From the NCBI GenBank assembly GCA_965203475.1, contig OZ241890.1, positions 606,926 to 670,925 on the forward strand: a stretch of 64,000 nt of DNA, given 5' to 3'. Made by a program: the position numbers and the translations under genes. Source of the DNA: Gammaproteobacteria bacterium. Its GTDB lineage: Bacteria; Pseudomonadota; Gammaproteobacteria; UBA4575. The notes beneath the pieces are model-generated. The model ran no database searches. It saw nothing but the letters and a program-made list of their open reading frames with translations, and was not told where the DNA came from. The first letter of the stretch is position 1. Each line of letters begins with the position of its first letter. Below are positions 19,011 through 30,665 of this stretch, one piece after another.

Positions 19011-19574
19011 TTAATTTGAACTTGGTGTACCAACTATAGAAGAATAAGAGTTACTCGTCTGAAATCTGGCAAAAGACGAGAAGTGGTTGGGCGTATTCAT
19101 ATGTTGTAATTCAATGATAAATTTCTTATTGTCATCGGAACATTCGTGTTGACGTAAAGTCTCTGCTGTTGCCTCAGCCGTTTCCTTGCTGTCTAAACTA
19201 TAGAATTTTGTTGCAAATACAAATTGATCTTCCGCGTTATAAATCACATCTTGGCGTAAACGATACTCATTTTTATTTTCGGCTGATAAGTTAGATTTCA
19301 CCCGCTGTATAGCAATTTCGACTTCTCCACTTTCAAGTTGCAGCATCATTTTGCTGTCTCGATCTAATTCGGCATCCATGTAAGCAGATTTTTTAATATA
19401 TGCTTCAATGCTCTCTCGGAGCTGGGCTTTTCGAAGTTGGCGATCCATTTGTTCATCGCCACTAATTTCTCGATATTGGATACGAACTCCAGCACGGTTA
19501 ATATAAATTCCGAGAATCTCAATGGGATAATCGTCTTGCAGATGGTCACGTAATTTTTCGGTATTAAGTGCCAT
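19011..19574 (-). CDS. Hypothetical protein (187 aa)
   Basis: ORF only. Confidence 0.4.
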   Translation of the reverse strand: MALNTEKLRDHLQDDYPIEILGIYINRAGVRIQYREISGDEQMDRQLRKAQLRESIEAYIKKSAYMDAELDRDSKMMLQLESGEVEIAIQRVKSNLSAENKNEYRLRQDVIYNAEDQFVFATKFYSLDSKETAEATAETLRQHECSDDNKKFIIELQHMNTPNHFSSFARFQTSNSYSSIVGTPSSN

Positions 19575-19693
19575 GAGGTGTAATTTGTCTGGTTAATTTG
19601 ATATGAAAACCATAACCTAAACCTTGAAGACCAGACAATCTTCAGGGTATGGACGGGCTAAACAAAAGCTAAATGGATATTCTAGCTAAAGAT

Positions 19694-19879
19694 TTATTTA
19701 GTAGAACACTTGAGTGGTATGTAGGCAGGGCACCATCCCATGAGTCCTGTAAATACAGGGATTATGCCAAGCAGGCCCCACCACCAGTTTCCACCTAATG
19801 CAAATGCAAGGCCAATAAACAAAAGTCCAATCAAAATTCTTAATAAGCGTTCTACGTCGCCAACATTTTCAGTCATCAT
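19694..19879 (-). CDS. DUF2892/YgaP-like small inner-membrane protein
   Basis: RILIGLLFIGLAF...GIIPVFTGLMGWCPAY signature. Confidence 0.55.
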   Translation of the reverse strand: MMTENVGDVERLLRILIGLLFIGLAFALGGNWWWGLLGIIPVFTGLMGWCPAYIPLKCSTK

Positions 19880-20229
19880 GTTCTCCCGGGTGTTAGTAGG
19901 CGTTCTGATTTGTTATTAGTTTTGCCGAAGTTTAAAACCAGTACTAATCGTACAAAAGTTAATGATTGATGGCTATATTGAATAGTGAATTTTGCTAAAT
20001 AATTTCAACTAGAATTTAAAAAATCCATAAATTTTAGATATTTAGTAGTCTCTAAACGATTGAATTTTTAAGCCAATGCCTGACCGTTGAATACAGTATT
20101 TTGACCATTTGTAATTTTGGTAGTCAAAATTGTGAGTTTAAGCAACGCAGGCGATCAACCAGCTGATATAACACTCTATAATTATATGTAATCTTTAGAT
20201 TGCAGGATGTAACACATAGAGGAGTTATC

Positions 20230-20448
20230 ATGCTAAAAAAATTCCAAGACGTATTAGGGAATCAAGAAGGTCTAAATGTAGATGCAGTTTCTAATGCAGT
20301 AGAAGATATCAAGTCTATGTGGAAGACAGGGAAAAAGCAGTCAAAAAGTGAAGCTGTGAAACCTGAAATTAAGAAGCAAAACAGAGTTGATACTGCAATT
20401 TTGCGAGATCGTATTGCAGAAAAAATTGCAAAAATGAATAACAATTAG
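20230..20448 (+). CDS. Small hypothetical protein (72 aa)
   Basis: GAGGAG RBS 6 nt before the ATG at 20230. Confidence 0.4.
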   Translation: MLKKFQDVLGNQEGLNVDAVSNAVEDIKSMWKTGKKQSKSEAVKPEIKKQNRVDTAILRDRIAEKIAKMNNN

Positions 20449-20524
20449 TTGTTATTTAATCTTTAATAATTACTCGTACTTTTCTACACTAATTCTATAA
20501 AGCTACCTTGGTTTCAAGGTAGAT

Positions 20525-21421
20525 TTGCTTGTATGCTTGCATTATTTATTCCTGATGTTGAAATGCGCATTAATAATGCAATGTATTTGTAAAATATTGT
20601 TCGCGATTTATAGTTTTTTGCTTAGTCCAATTTTGTATGCCGATGAAGGTTTAATTTCATTACAGGGAAATTTCATACAAGGTGGATTAGTATTTGGTCA
20701 AGTGAAACCAGGCGCTGTTGTTCGTATTGATACTCGAACCGTTAGGGTATCGAAGAACGGGGATTTCATCATAGGGTTTGGGCGCAATCACCCAGCAATC
20801 TCATTACTTACCATTGACGCTGGAAGTGCTGAGAAATTTGTGCATAAGATAAAAATCGAAGTACGAGAATATGATGTGCAACACATAGCAGGTCTTCCCG
20901 ACAAAAAAGTAAATCCTGATCCTGAAATATTAGAACGTATTCGAAATGAAGCTGCAGCTATAGCAAAAGCACGATCACGTGATGACTCACGATTGGATTT
21001 TAAGGATAAGTTTATATGGCCTGTGAAGGGACCAATTACTGGCGTCTATGGAAGTGAACGAATTCTAAACGGTGAACCAAGACAACCGCACTATGGAATT
21101 GATATTGCGGCTCCAACGGGAACAAAAGTTTTGGCGCCAGCCGCTGGAATTGTTACATACATAAATAAAGAAATGTATTTCTCAGGAGGTACATTAGTTT
21201 TAGATCACGGACATAATCTATCTTCCTCTTTTCTTCATCTGCACAAAATTCATGTCAAATTAGGAGATCGAATTCAGCAAGGACAAATGTTTGCGGAAGT
21301 GGGCGCAACAGGGAGGGCGACTGGCCCACACCTTGATTGGAGGATGAATTGGAAACAGCAGCGTATAGATCCAAGCCTTTTAATTAATCAACAACCTACA
21401 AAATCAACTACTTTAGAATAA
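20525..21421 (+). CDS. M23 family (LytM-type) metallopeptidase
   Basis: HYGIDIAAPTGTKV and LDHGHNLSSSFLHL motifs. The signal peptide starts at an internal Met. Confidence 0.8.
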   Translation: MLVCLHYLFLMLKCALIMQCICKILFAIYSFLLSPILYADEGLISLQGNFIQGGLVFGQVKPGAVVRIDTRTVRVSKNGDFIIGFGRNHPAISLLTIDAGSAEKFVHKIKIEVREYDVQHIAGLPDKKVNPDPEILERIRNEAAAIAKARSRDDSRLDFKDKFIWPVKGPITGVYGSERILNGEPRQPHYGIDIAAPTGTKVLAPAAGIVTYINKEMYFSGGTLVLDHGHNLSSSFLHLHKIHVKLGDRIQQGQMFAEVGATGRATGPHLDWRMNWKQQRIDPSLLINQQPTKSTTLE

Positions 21422-21460
21422 ATCAGTGTATATTATTGTCTGATTACTAATCTGAAAGTA

Positions 21461-22012
21461 TTGGAGAAAACTTCCGGTCCTATGAATGATGGAGCTAGAT
21501 CTTCTCAGTTTGAAGCAATAGTAAATGCCTATTCTAAGGATCTTTATCGCTATGGTTTATGGCTAACCAAGGATGCGCAGGTTTCCGAAGACTTAGTGCA
21601 AGAAACTTTTTTGCGTGCATGGAAAGCCATGGATTCTTTAAAAGATCCAAACGCTGTGAAAAGCTGGTTGTTTACAATATATCGTCGTGAAAATGCTAGA
21701 CGATTTGAAAAAATTAGACCTGAGACAAGTTCTATAGACAATGTAAACATCGACCAATTCGTACAGCTGGAAGATAGTTTTGCTAAAGCAGAAGTGATTG
21801 CATTACGAAATGCATTAAAGCAATTGCCCGAGGAGTATTTGGAGCCGCTATTATTGCAAGTGATAGGCGGGTATAGCTGCGAAGAGATTGGAGATATTGT
21901 TGGTATTAAAGCAGGAGCTGTGATGACACGTGTTTTTCGTGCACGTAAAAAATTACGTGCAATACTAGAAGATGATAGTAATGACGAAAGTGAAAAGCTT
22001 GTAGAAATTTAG
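21461..22012 (+). CDS. ECF-type RNA polymerase sigma factor (sigma-70 regions 2 and 4)
   Basis: Region 2 DLVQETFLRAWKA. Region 4 HTH in the EEIGDIVGIKAGAVMTRVFRARKKL stretch. Confidence 0.8.
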   Translation: MEKTSGPMNDGARSSQFEAIVNAYSKDLYRYGLWLTKDAQVSEDLVQETFLRAWKAMDSLKDPNAVKSWLFTIYRRENARRFEKIRPETSSIDNVNIDQFVQLEDSFAKAEVIALRNALKQLPEEYLEPLLLQVIGGYSCEEIGDIVGIKAGAVMTRVFRARKKLRAILEDDSNDESEKLVEI

Positions 22013-22021
22013 TGTAGTAGT

Positions 22022-22777
22022 ATGGAAATATATTGCATAGATGTACGTAGAGAACTCACTACGGACCCAAGAAACAAAGACGCTAATCTATTGCAACATC
22101 TTGTAGGGTGCGATGATTGTTCTGATTTTTTGCAAAGACTAAAAAGCTTTGAAGATAAGCTTGGTAAGGCAGTAAAGCTAGATGTGCCAGAAGGGTTAGA
22201 GTCAAGAATTATTTTGGCTCAACGAATGGAATCTTCAAATGCAGAGAATGTCGAGCAACTCAAATCGCGTGCTTCATATACAAATAATTACAAGTGGATG
22301 TCTATAGCCGCTGCACTTGTACTTGCAATTGGGCTGTCTTTGGGGATGTTCAAGCTTGGAGAATCCTATGCAGTACAAAATGAAGTATTAGCACACGTGT
22401 ATGAAGATTTATATGCATTAGAAAAAGATAACAGAATTAGTTTAGTTGCATTTAATCAAAGATTAAAACCGTTTGGCGTAAAGGCAAGTGAAAGTATTGG
22501 ACATGTGCGTTATGCCACTTTATGCCCGTTAGACAATAAAAAGGTACCGCACTTTGTGCTTGATTATGAAGGTCGTCCTATTACAGTCATGTTTGTTCCT
22601 TGGGAAAAATCCAATAAAAGAATTGAGTTTCATGACCAAAGATTCAAGGGTTTGTTGTTTGGTGCAGATTACGGAACGTTTGTCGTATTAACGGAAGAAC
22701 AGGATTCAGATAAAAGCCAATACGAACTCAATATGATGCAGCAACGCCTTATGGATGCTATAGAAGTCGAAATTTAA
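22022..22777 (+). CDS. Putative zinc-finger anti-sigma factor (DUF3379-like) with one TM segment
   Basis: HLVGCDDCSDF (HxxxCxxC) near the N-terminus and a TM helix. Follows the sigma gene by 10 nt. Confidence 0.6.
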   Translation: MEIYCIDVRRELTTDPRNKDANLLQHLVGCDDCSDFLQRLKSFEDKLGKAVKLDVPEGLESRIILAQRMESSNAENVEQLKSRASYTNNYKWMSIAAALVLAIGLSLGMFKLGESYAVQNEVLAHVYEDLYALEKDNRISLVAFNQRLKPFGVKASESIGHVRYATLCPLDNKKVPHFVLDYEGRPITVMFVPWEKSNKRIEFHDQRFKGLLFGADYGTFVVLTEEQDSDKSQYELNMMQQRLMDAIEVEI

Positions 22778-22783
22778 TTTTAA

Positions 22784-23968
22784 TTATAGACTTTGATAGT
22801 AATCCATTAATATTTTTGCAACTTCTGGGCGCGCAAACTCTTTAGGTAAATCTTCGCCTGCAGCCAACATGCCCCGTACTTTGGTGCCCGATAGTAAAAC
22901 AAAATCTTCTTTATCGTGATCAGGTGCGTCACGCATCATGACAACTTTGTTTAGTTTTTTAGAATAGGCCGTATGATCGGCACGGAAAATTTGAATTTGA
23001 AGTGCGTTTTCAGGGACTTCGTTATCAAAAATCGTTTGGGCATCAAAAGCACCATAGTAATCTCCGACACCTGCATGATCGCGCCCAATAATAAAGTGGG
23101 TGCAGCCGCAGTTTTGTCTAAACACGGCATGCAGTACGGCTTCACGCGGTCCTGCATATAACATGTCAAAACCATAACCCGTGATCATCACAGTATTGGG
23201 TGGAAAATAAAGTTCTACCATTTTTCGAATTGCAGCATCACGAATCGGCGCTGGGATATCACCAGGTTTTAATTTGCCTAATAGCATATGAATGAGCACT
23301 CCATCAGCATTCACTGCTTGTTGTGCCATTTTGCATAACTCTTCATGTGCTCGATGCATTGGATTGCGAGTTTGGAATCCAACTACAGTTTTCCAACCAC
23401 GTTCTTCAATTTCATTTCTAATTTCACTTGCAGTTCGAAATGTGCCTTCGAACTCACTTCTGAAATAGCTAAAATTTAGTACTTGAATCGGACCCGATAT
23501 CGCCGTGTTACCCAAAGATAAAAATGTTGCTACACCGGGATGTTCTTGATCCGTTGTGCCATACACTTTTTCAGCAATTATTTTGAGTTGGTCATCTGTG
23601 AGCATATCAATTGATTCAATGTCTTGAATTGCTAATACTGGATTACCGTCAATATTTGGATCACGCAATGCAATTCGTTTTGTATCTGCAATTTCACGTG
23701 TTTCGTGTACTAAATTTAATACTGGAGTAGGCCAGAATAAGCCATTGCTGGTATGCATATTATCTGCAACTGAAATAGCATCAGCCGCATTCATATAACC
23801 TTGTAAAGGTGTAAAGTAGCCGGCGCCCAACATAACAGCATTTGAGGCCGCGGCAGAATTTACAGTGATGCAAGGTAAACTTTCGGCTTCGGCTTCTAAT
23901 TGTTTGCGTTGGGAATCATCTTCCACATATAGAGGGGTTAAAGTTTCCGATCCATGCGGCTTGTACAT
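22784..23968 (-). CDS. sat: Sulfate adenylyltransferase (ATP sulfurylase)
   Basis: QTRNPMHRAHEEL motif and overall colinearity with single-chain ATP sulfurylases. Confidence 0.8.
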   Translation of the reverse strand: MYKPHGSETLTPLYVEDDSQRKQLEAEAESLPCITVNSAAASNAVMLGAGYFTPLQGYMNAADAISVADNMHTSNGLFWPTPVLNLVHETREIADTKRIALRDPNIDGNPVLAIQDIESIDMLTDDQLKIIAEKVYGTTDQEHPGVATFLSLGNTAISGPIQVLNFSYFRSEFEGTFRTASEIRNEIEERGWKTVVGFQTRNPMHRAHEELCKMAQQAVNADGVLIHMLLGKLKPGDIPAPIRDAAIRKMVELYFPPNTVMITGYGFDMLYAGPREAVLHAVFRQNCGCTHFIIGRDHAGVGDYYGAFDAQTIFDNEVPENALQIQIFRADHTAYSKKLNKVVMMRDAPDHDKEDFVLLSGTKVRGMLAAGEDLPKEFARPEVAKILMDYYQSL

Positions 23969-24218
23969 TATATTCTCCTGGTACCAATTGAGTGGCTAAT
24001 AAAATCAAAGCGCAAATTACAGTATGAAATTTCCTTGTGAGCTAGTCGATTTTCTTAATACTGCCATTAGCAAACCTGTTTCGAAAAATAGATATCCCTC
24101 ACATTTTGCTTGGTTTTTACAGGTAAAAAGGTACAAATCCCCCCAATTTTTTTGAGCTCTTCCTCAATTTCCTCAAATTTACTATGACAATATAAATTAC
24201 TCGAAATTTTGTATTGGA

Positions 24219-24458
24219 ATGATGGAGTTGGATGATATGAAAAATGACTATCAACATGCATTAAATGAAGTGCTTGAGGAATTTGATTCGGTACAGAGCA
24301 CGGAAGATCCTCGCACGGGAGGAGATCGTCGTAAGAAGGCTGCAACAAAATTTCCTTTAACGGATAACCAGGGGAATATCATTGCAGAAGATCGGCGCAA
24401 GCAAGATCGTCGAAACGTAGATGTCGATATCAATGATATCGATGACTACACTTCATAA
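24219..24458 (+). CDS. Small hypothetical protein with DRRK-type repeats (79 aa)
   Basis: ORF only. A competing antisense ORF exists at 24067-24348. Confidence 0.25.
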   Translation: MMELDDMKNDYQHALNEVLEEFDSVQSTEDPRTGGDRRKKAATKFPLTDNQGNIIAEDRRKQDRRNVDVDINDIDDYTS

Positions 24459-24482
24459 TCAGTATTTTTAATTACACTGTTT

Positions 24483-24965
24483 TCAGCTACTGGCATCTGC
24501 TGTTAAACCTGCAGCTTCTATGCCGGTTATGGCGCAGTGCTCGTCTTCATCAGATAAATCTCCGGTGATTCCTACCGCACCCAAAATTTTATTTTCTTTG
24601 TTCCTTATTAATACACCACCTGGAACGGGTAACAAGCGTTGATCTGATAGATTAATTAGAGCATTCATAAACATGGGCCTTTCATCTCCCATTTGACCAA
24701 GTTTTCTAGACGATACTCCTACTCCTACGGCACCCCATGCTTTTGCCATGGCAATTTGAGGTCGCATAATACTTGCGCCATCTTCTCTTGCTGATGCTTT
24801 TACGTGACCACCTGCGTCAAGAATTACAATAGTAAGTGGAGCAAGTTCGCGTTTTCTTCCTTCTGATATTGCTCCTGTAATGATTGAATTGGCTTGTTTT
24901 AACGTTAGCTCTGACATGAAAATGAAATCCTTATTATAATAATCTATGTTATGAATTTTGCACAC
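24483..24965 (-). CDS. GlcG/HbpS-like (DUF336) heme-binding protein
   Basis: Family-typical LPVPGG and ILGAVGITGDLSDEDE motifs. Confidence 0.7.
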   Translation of the reverse strand: MCKIHNIDYYNKDFIFMSELTLKQANSIITGAISEGRKRELAPLTIVILDAGGHVKASAREDGASIMRPQIAMAKAWGAVGVGVSSRKLGQMGDERPMFMNALINLSDQRLLPVPGGVLIRNKENKILGAVGITGDLSDEDEHCAITGIEAAGLTADASS

Positions 24966-25008
24966 ATGTTAGTAAAATATACAAATAATAAAAATTAGCC
25001 TAACCATA

Positions 25009-27171
25009 ATGACAAACATCTTTTCTGGTAACGCCATAAAAGTCGAATTAATTGAGAATAATATTGCTCAATTAACCTTTGATCTTGTTGATGAAAGTAT
25101 TAATAAACTTAGTAAGGCTGTTGTCGAAGAGTTAGATTCGGCGATTAGCGAAGTAGAAAAACATCAAGATGCCAAAGCTTTATTAATTTGTAGTAATAAA
25201 GATGTATTTATTGTTGGTGCCGATGTAACCGAATTTCTTGGTTTCTTTGCACTATCCGATAAAGAGTTATTGCATTGGATTGAAACCACACAGGCATTGT
25301 TCAGTCGCATAGAAGATTTACCCATGCCAACTGTGACAGCAATAAATGGCTATGCACTGGGAGGTGGTTGCGAACTTGCACTTTGCTCAGATTATCGTGT
25401 CATGGCGGATACGGCACGCATAGGACTACCAGAAGTAAAACTTGGAATTTTTCCAGGTTGGGGCGGTACAGTTCGATTACCACGATTAATAGGTGCCGAT
25501 AATGCGCTGGAATGGATTTGCACTGGAGGAGAGCAAAAAGCGCAGCAAGCTTTTGTGCAACATGCGGTAGATGCCGTTGTAACTCTTGAGCAATTACAAG
25601 ATGCCGCTTTACATATCATTCAACAGTGTTTCGCTGGAAAGTTGGATTTTCAGTCACGTAAAACAGAAAAGCGGCAACCTTTACAGCTCAATCAGTTAGA
25701 AAGCATCATGGCTTTTGAATCAGCAAAAGCGGTGGTTGCTGCTAAAGCTGGACGCAATTTTCCTGCACCCATAGCCGCCATCGAAACAGTACAGCATCAT
25801 GCCACCATGATGCGTGATGAAGCCATGAAAGTAGAAGCGCATGGTTTTATAAAAATGGCAAAAACCAATGTCGCTAGAAATTTAGTGGGCTTATTTCTAA
25901 ATGATCAACGCATAAAGAAAGTCAGCAAAGGGTATGTAAAACATGCACAAGATGTAAAGCAAGCAGCTGTTTTGGGAGCTGGCATTATGGGCGGAGGAAT
26001 CGCTTATCAATCGGCTTGTAAAGATGTTCCGGTCATCATGAAAGATATTAAGCATGAAGCGTTAGAGCTTGGTCAAAATGAGGCGGCAAATTTACTAATG
26101 AAACAAGTTAAACGTGGAAAACTAAAGGCCGAAGAAGTGCCCGAAACACTGAATAAAATCGATTCCACGTTAAGTTATGGAGATTTTTCCAATGTAGATT
26201 TGGTGGTTGAAGCCGTCGTTGAAAACAAAAGCATTAAAACTGCAGTCCTTTCAGAGGTAGAGCGTGTTATCAAGGACAGCTGTGTGCTGACGTCTAATAC
26301 TTCTACTATCTCAATTACTGAACTTTCCACATCGCTACAAAGGCCAGAATTATTTTGTGGCATGCATTTTTTTAATCCTGTGTATCGAATGCCTCTTGTT
26401 GAAGTAATTCGTGGAGAAAAAACAAACGAGACGGCTATTGCAACCACTGTCGCGTATGCCAAAAAGATGGGCAAAACACCAATTGTGATAAATGATTGCC
26501 CGGGCTTTTTAGTAAACCGCGTTTTATTTCCATATTTTGCTGGTTTTGATGCCTTGGTACGCGATGGTGTTGAGTTTCAACGTATTGATAAGGTGATGGA
26601 ACAGTTTGGTTGGCCCATGGGGCCTGCTTATTTGTTGGATGTTGTTGGAATCGATACTGCGCACCATGCATCAGAAGTTATGGCAGCCGGTTACCCTGAT
26701 CGGATGAGTAAAGAATACAAAACAGCTACAGATGTTATGTTTGAGGCAAATCGCTTTGGTCAAAAAAATAATTTAGGTTTCTACAAATATGAGTTGGATA
26801 GAAAAGGCAAACAGAAAAAACAATTGGATGATGAGGCAGTATCAATGTTACGTCAGGTTCAATCTTCTTCCGAAGAAATTAGCGATGAAGAAATCATTGA
26901 AAGGATGATGATTCCAATGTGTATGGAAACCGTTCGCTGTGTTGAAGATAACATTGTCGAGCACCCTTTAGATGTCGATATGGGACTAATTCTTGGAATT
27001 GCCTTTCCAAGCTTTCGCGGAGGTGCATTACGTTACATTGATGATTATGGAATACAAAAATTTTGCGAGCGTGCAGAATCTTTTGCTCACGTGAGTCCTA
27101 TTTATAAGCCTACGCAAGCATTGGTGAAAATGGCACAACATAATGAAAAGTTTTATCCCACAACAAATTAA
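25009..27171 (+). CDS. fadB: Fatty acid oxidation complex alpha subunit (enoyl-CoA hydratase / 3-hydroxyacyl-CoA dehydrogenase)
   Basis: Crotonase N-terminal half, and GAGIMGGGIA NAD-binding motif in the C-terminal half. Followed by the thiolase gene. Confidence 0.9.
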   Translation: MTNIFSGNAIKVELIENNIAQLTFDLVDESINKLSKAVVEELDSAISEVEKHQDAKALLICSNKDVFIVGADVTEFLGFFALSDKELLHWIETTQALFSRIEDLPMPTVTAINGYALGGGCELALCSDYRVMADTARIGLPEVKLGIFPGWGGTVRLPRLIGADNALEWICTGGEQKAQQAFVQHAVDAVVTLEQLQDAALHIIQQCFAGKLDFQSRKTEKRQPLQLNQLESIMAFESAKAVVAAKAGRNFPAPIAAIETVQHHATMMRDEAMKVEAHGFIKMAKTNVARNLVGLFLNDQRIKKVSKGYVKHAQDVKQAAVLGAGIMGGGIAYQSACKDVPVIMKDIKHEALELGQNEAANLLMKQVKRGKLKAEEVPETLNKIDSTLSYGDFSNVDLVVEAVVENKSIKTAVLSEVERVIKDSCVLTSNTSTISITELSTSLQRPELFCGMHFFNPVYRMPLVEVIRGEKTNETAIATTVAYAKKMGKTPIVINDCPGFLVNRVLFPYFAGFDALVRDGVEFQRIDKVMEQFGWPMGPAYLLDVVGIDTAHHASEVMAAGYPDRMSKEYKTATDVMFEANRFGQKNNLGFYKYELDRKGKQKKQLDDEAVSMLRQVQSSSEEISDEEIIERMMIPMCMETVRCVEDNIVEHPLDVDMGLILGIAFPSFRGGALRYIDDYGIQKFCERAESFAHVSPIYKPTQALVKMAQHNEKFYPTTN

Positions 27172-28362
<1,191 letters not shown>

Positions 28363-28368
28363 ATAAGG

Positions 28369-28728
28369 CTATTGGCGAGGGCTGATTAATTCAATAATTT
28401 CATCAATATAATCCAGTAATGCGCAGGCCATCATATCGTCCTGCTTGGATTCTCCTATCTTAATTAAAGCATTCAGTGCGTTATGTATTACTTGTGAATC
28501 TTGTTTCTCAAGTTGTACCTGCTCTTCTATGTTTTTTATATGTATTTGTGCAGCTGACTTATCACGCTCATGATCCAAAATACTTGGAAAATGCATGCTA
28601 ATTTGTTGAGAAAATTTAATTAATGCTTGGCGTTTATCTTCTTCAGTAAATCCGCTGTAAGCCTGCTCTAGGGGTGGGATCTTTGTATCTATATTTCCAA
28701 CATGTATTTTGTCGTTTTTATTATTCAT
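28369..28728 (-). CDS. Hypothetical protein (119 aa)
   Basis: ORF only. Confidence 0.4.
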   Translation of the reverse strand: MNNKNDKIHVGNIDTKIPPLEQAYSGFTEEDKRQALIKFSQQISMHFPSILDHERDKSAAQIHIKNIEEQVQLEKQDSQVIHNALNALIKIGESKQDDMMACALLDYIDEIIELISPRQ

Positions 28729-29159
28729 CTTTTAGTAATAATATTGAATTAATTGTTTAAAAATTAGAATATAGTATTTTCAATAACCGCTGGGAACTAT
28801 TAGATTCAGTTAGACAGATATTGTTGGCTGAATCACATAATTAAACGGGGATAGGCTGTAAGATCCCTAATTCAGTGACTTAAGTTCAGTGTTTCGCTGG
28901 GCTTGGGCTGAGAAAATTTACAAGGAAGAAAAAGTAAAATTTTCAGGAGGACATTAAGTGGCCGCTAGCGTTTTTGTTATTGCATGGTTGTTTGGATTTT
29001 TGTTCATTGTTAATGGGCTGGAGCGCTCGCAACAGCTTAATAAAGGCGTACTTACTGTATCAAAAGATCGCAAAATGCTTTTTGCGTGCAGCTTAGTGAT
29101 TTATCTGGTGCTATCGACAGTATTGATCGTTACGTATTTATCGACTAGTTAAATCGTAT

Positions 29160-29654
29160 TTAGACAGGCCTAAATTCCAATACTTGTCCGTTGTTACACC
29201 AACGCTGTCCACTCGGTAGTGGCCCGTCCATAATTAAGTGCCCATGATGACCTCCGCACTGTGCACAACGATAACCTGTACTCGGCCACATGCCTCGTAA
29301 ATCAGTATAGGTTTCTAAGTGGCCGCGAATATGGTCATTAAAACTTGGCCACCCTGTTTTACTGTCATATTTCATTTCAGAATTAAATAATGCGAGATCG
29401 CAGGCGACACAGTGATATATTCCAGGATCTGTAAGTTGCACCAGCTCACTGGAATAGCGTGGTTCAGTGGCACCTTCGCGCAAAATGGAATATTGAGCTT
29501 GCGTCAAATTTTCTTGCCAAAAATCCTCCGGGCGGTGAATTTTTTTAATATTTGCAGAGGCTTTGATCGCGGACTTATTATGACGCGAACTAAGCTGTAA
29601 CAAGGTGAATAGGCTAAATCCGCCTGCAGCCAGGATAAATACTCTTCGATTCAA
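29160..29654 (-). CDS. msrB: Peptide-methionine (R)-S-oxide reductase MsrB with twin-arginine (Tat) signal peptide
   Basis: CVACDLALF...GWPSF and HHGHLIMDGPLPSGQRWCNNG motifs. N-terminus MNRRVFILAAGG. Confidence 0.75.
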   Translation of the reverse strand: MNRRVFILAAGGFSLFTLLQLSSRHNKSAIKASANIKKIHRPEDFWQENLTQAQYSILREGATEPRYSSELVQLTDPGIYHCVACDLALFNSEMKYDSKTGWPSFNDHIRGHLETYTDLRGMWPSTGYRCAQCGGHHGHLIMDGPLPSGQRWCNNGQVLEFRPV

Positions 29655-29773
29655 TGTAGATCCTTAATATTGAGCTAACATAGCAATGAATAGCTATTAG
29701 ATTCCTACAAGAGCACATAGTTTCACAATCCACACAATAATTAACTAATACTTTAGGTATCTCACATAACTAC

Positions 29774-30352
29774 ATGATTAAAAAGAATTATTACGTTCTG
29801 ATAACTATTGCTATTTGTATCGTTGCCCAGAGTAGTCTTAGTTTGGGCTTAGATGTTTGGCAGTATGCCAAAGTTGATGTAGAAGCCGGTCAATGGTGGA
29901 GATTTCTAACCGCTAATTTTGTGCATCTAGGATGGCGCCATCTTTTCATGAATGCAGTGGGCCTGATATTTATTGCACTACTTTTCCCAAAAGCTATTTC
30001 CTCTCGAACTGCTCTACTTGTGTTGTTGTTATGTGGTCTAGGTGTAACCATTGGAATATGGATGTTTTGTGAAAGTATTCGGTGGTATGTAGGGCTATCT
30101 GGCGCTTTGCATGGTTTGTTAATAGTTTTGATAGTGATGGACTATCAGTGTCAAAAAAATGTTCTAAATCTCGTATTACTTGGCTTAGTCATTTTAAAAT
30201 TAGCATGGGAGTCAGTTTGGGGCCCGTTGCCGGGAAGCGAATCTACGGCTGGAGGTACTGTAGTCGAGGAATCACATTTATATGGTGCAATTGCAGGAAC
30301 AATTATTGGTATTGTGATGTATATAAAAAAATCAAAATTCTTAACAGGTTAA
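29774..30352 (+). CDS. Short rhomboid-family intramembrane serine protease (rhombosortase-like)
   Basis: 192 aa with six TM segments, GLSGALHG (GxSG) and a downstream His in HLYGAIAG. Confidence 0.6.
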   Translation: MIKKNYYVLITIAICIVAQSSLSLGLDVWQYAKVDVEAGQWWRFLTANFVHLGWRHLFMNAVGLIFIALLFPKAISSRTALLVLLLCGLGVTIGIWMFCESIRWYVGLSGALHGLLIVLIVMDYQCQKNVLNLVLLGLVILKLAWESVWGPLPGSESTAGGTVVEESHLYGAIAGTIIGIVMYIKKSKFLTG

Positions 30353-30359
30353 CGATGAT

Positions 30360-30665
30360 ATGAGAAGTAAAATCTTAGATGAATTGCAAATGGAATTTTT
30401 ACAATTAAATCGAAAACTGACCTATGCCACGTTAATTTTGTTGGGCTTGATGGCAGTATTGTTTTGGCTGGTTGAGATTGAGGTGTTTGGGAAAACCTCA
30501 ACCCTGGTAGGTGTTGTATTTATGCTATTGGCTGTATTTTTTTTTCAAATTCCACATATTTCTTACAATTGGCTGGTAAGAAAATACCAGCAAGTACCGG
30601 ATAAACTCGCTTTACTGGGGCCTAATTGGAGACATTTCAAAAAACAATCTATGCAGCGAAATTAG
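30360..30665 (+). CDS. Small membrane protein (101 aa)
   Basis: Two TM helices. Contains a T9 homopolymer. Confidence 0.4.
   Translation: MRSKILDELQMEFLQLNRKLTYATLILLGLMAVLFWLVEIEVFGKTSTLVGVVFMLLAVFFFQIPHISYNWLVRKYQQVPDKLALLGPNWRHFKKQSMQRN

Noticed and set aside
24067-24348. 93-aa minus-strand ORF
   Set aside because: It overlaps the plus-strand 79-aa ORF and has no RBS or motif. Neither is strongly supported, so only the plus-strand ORF is listed, at low confidence.
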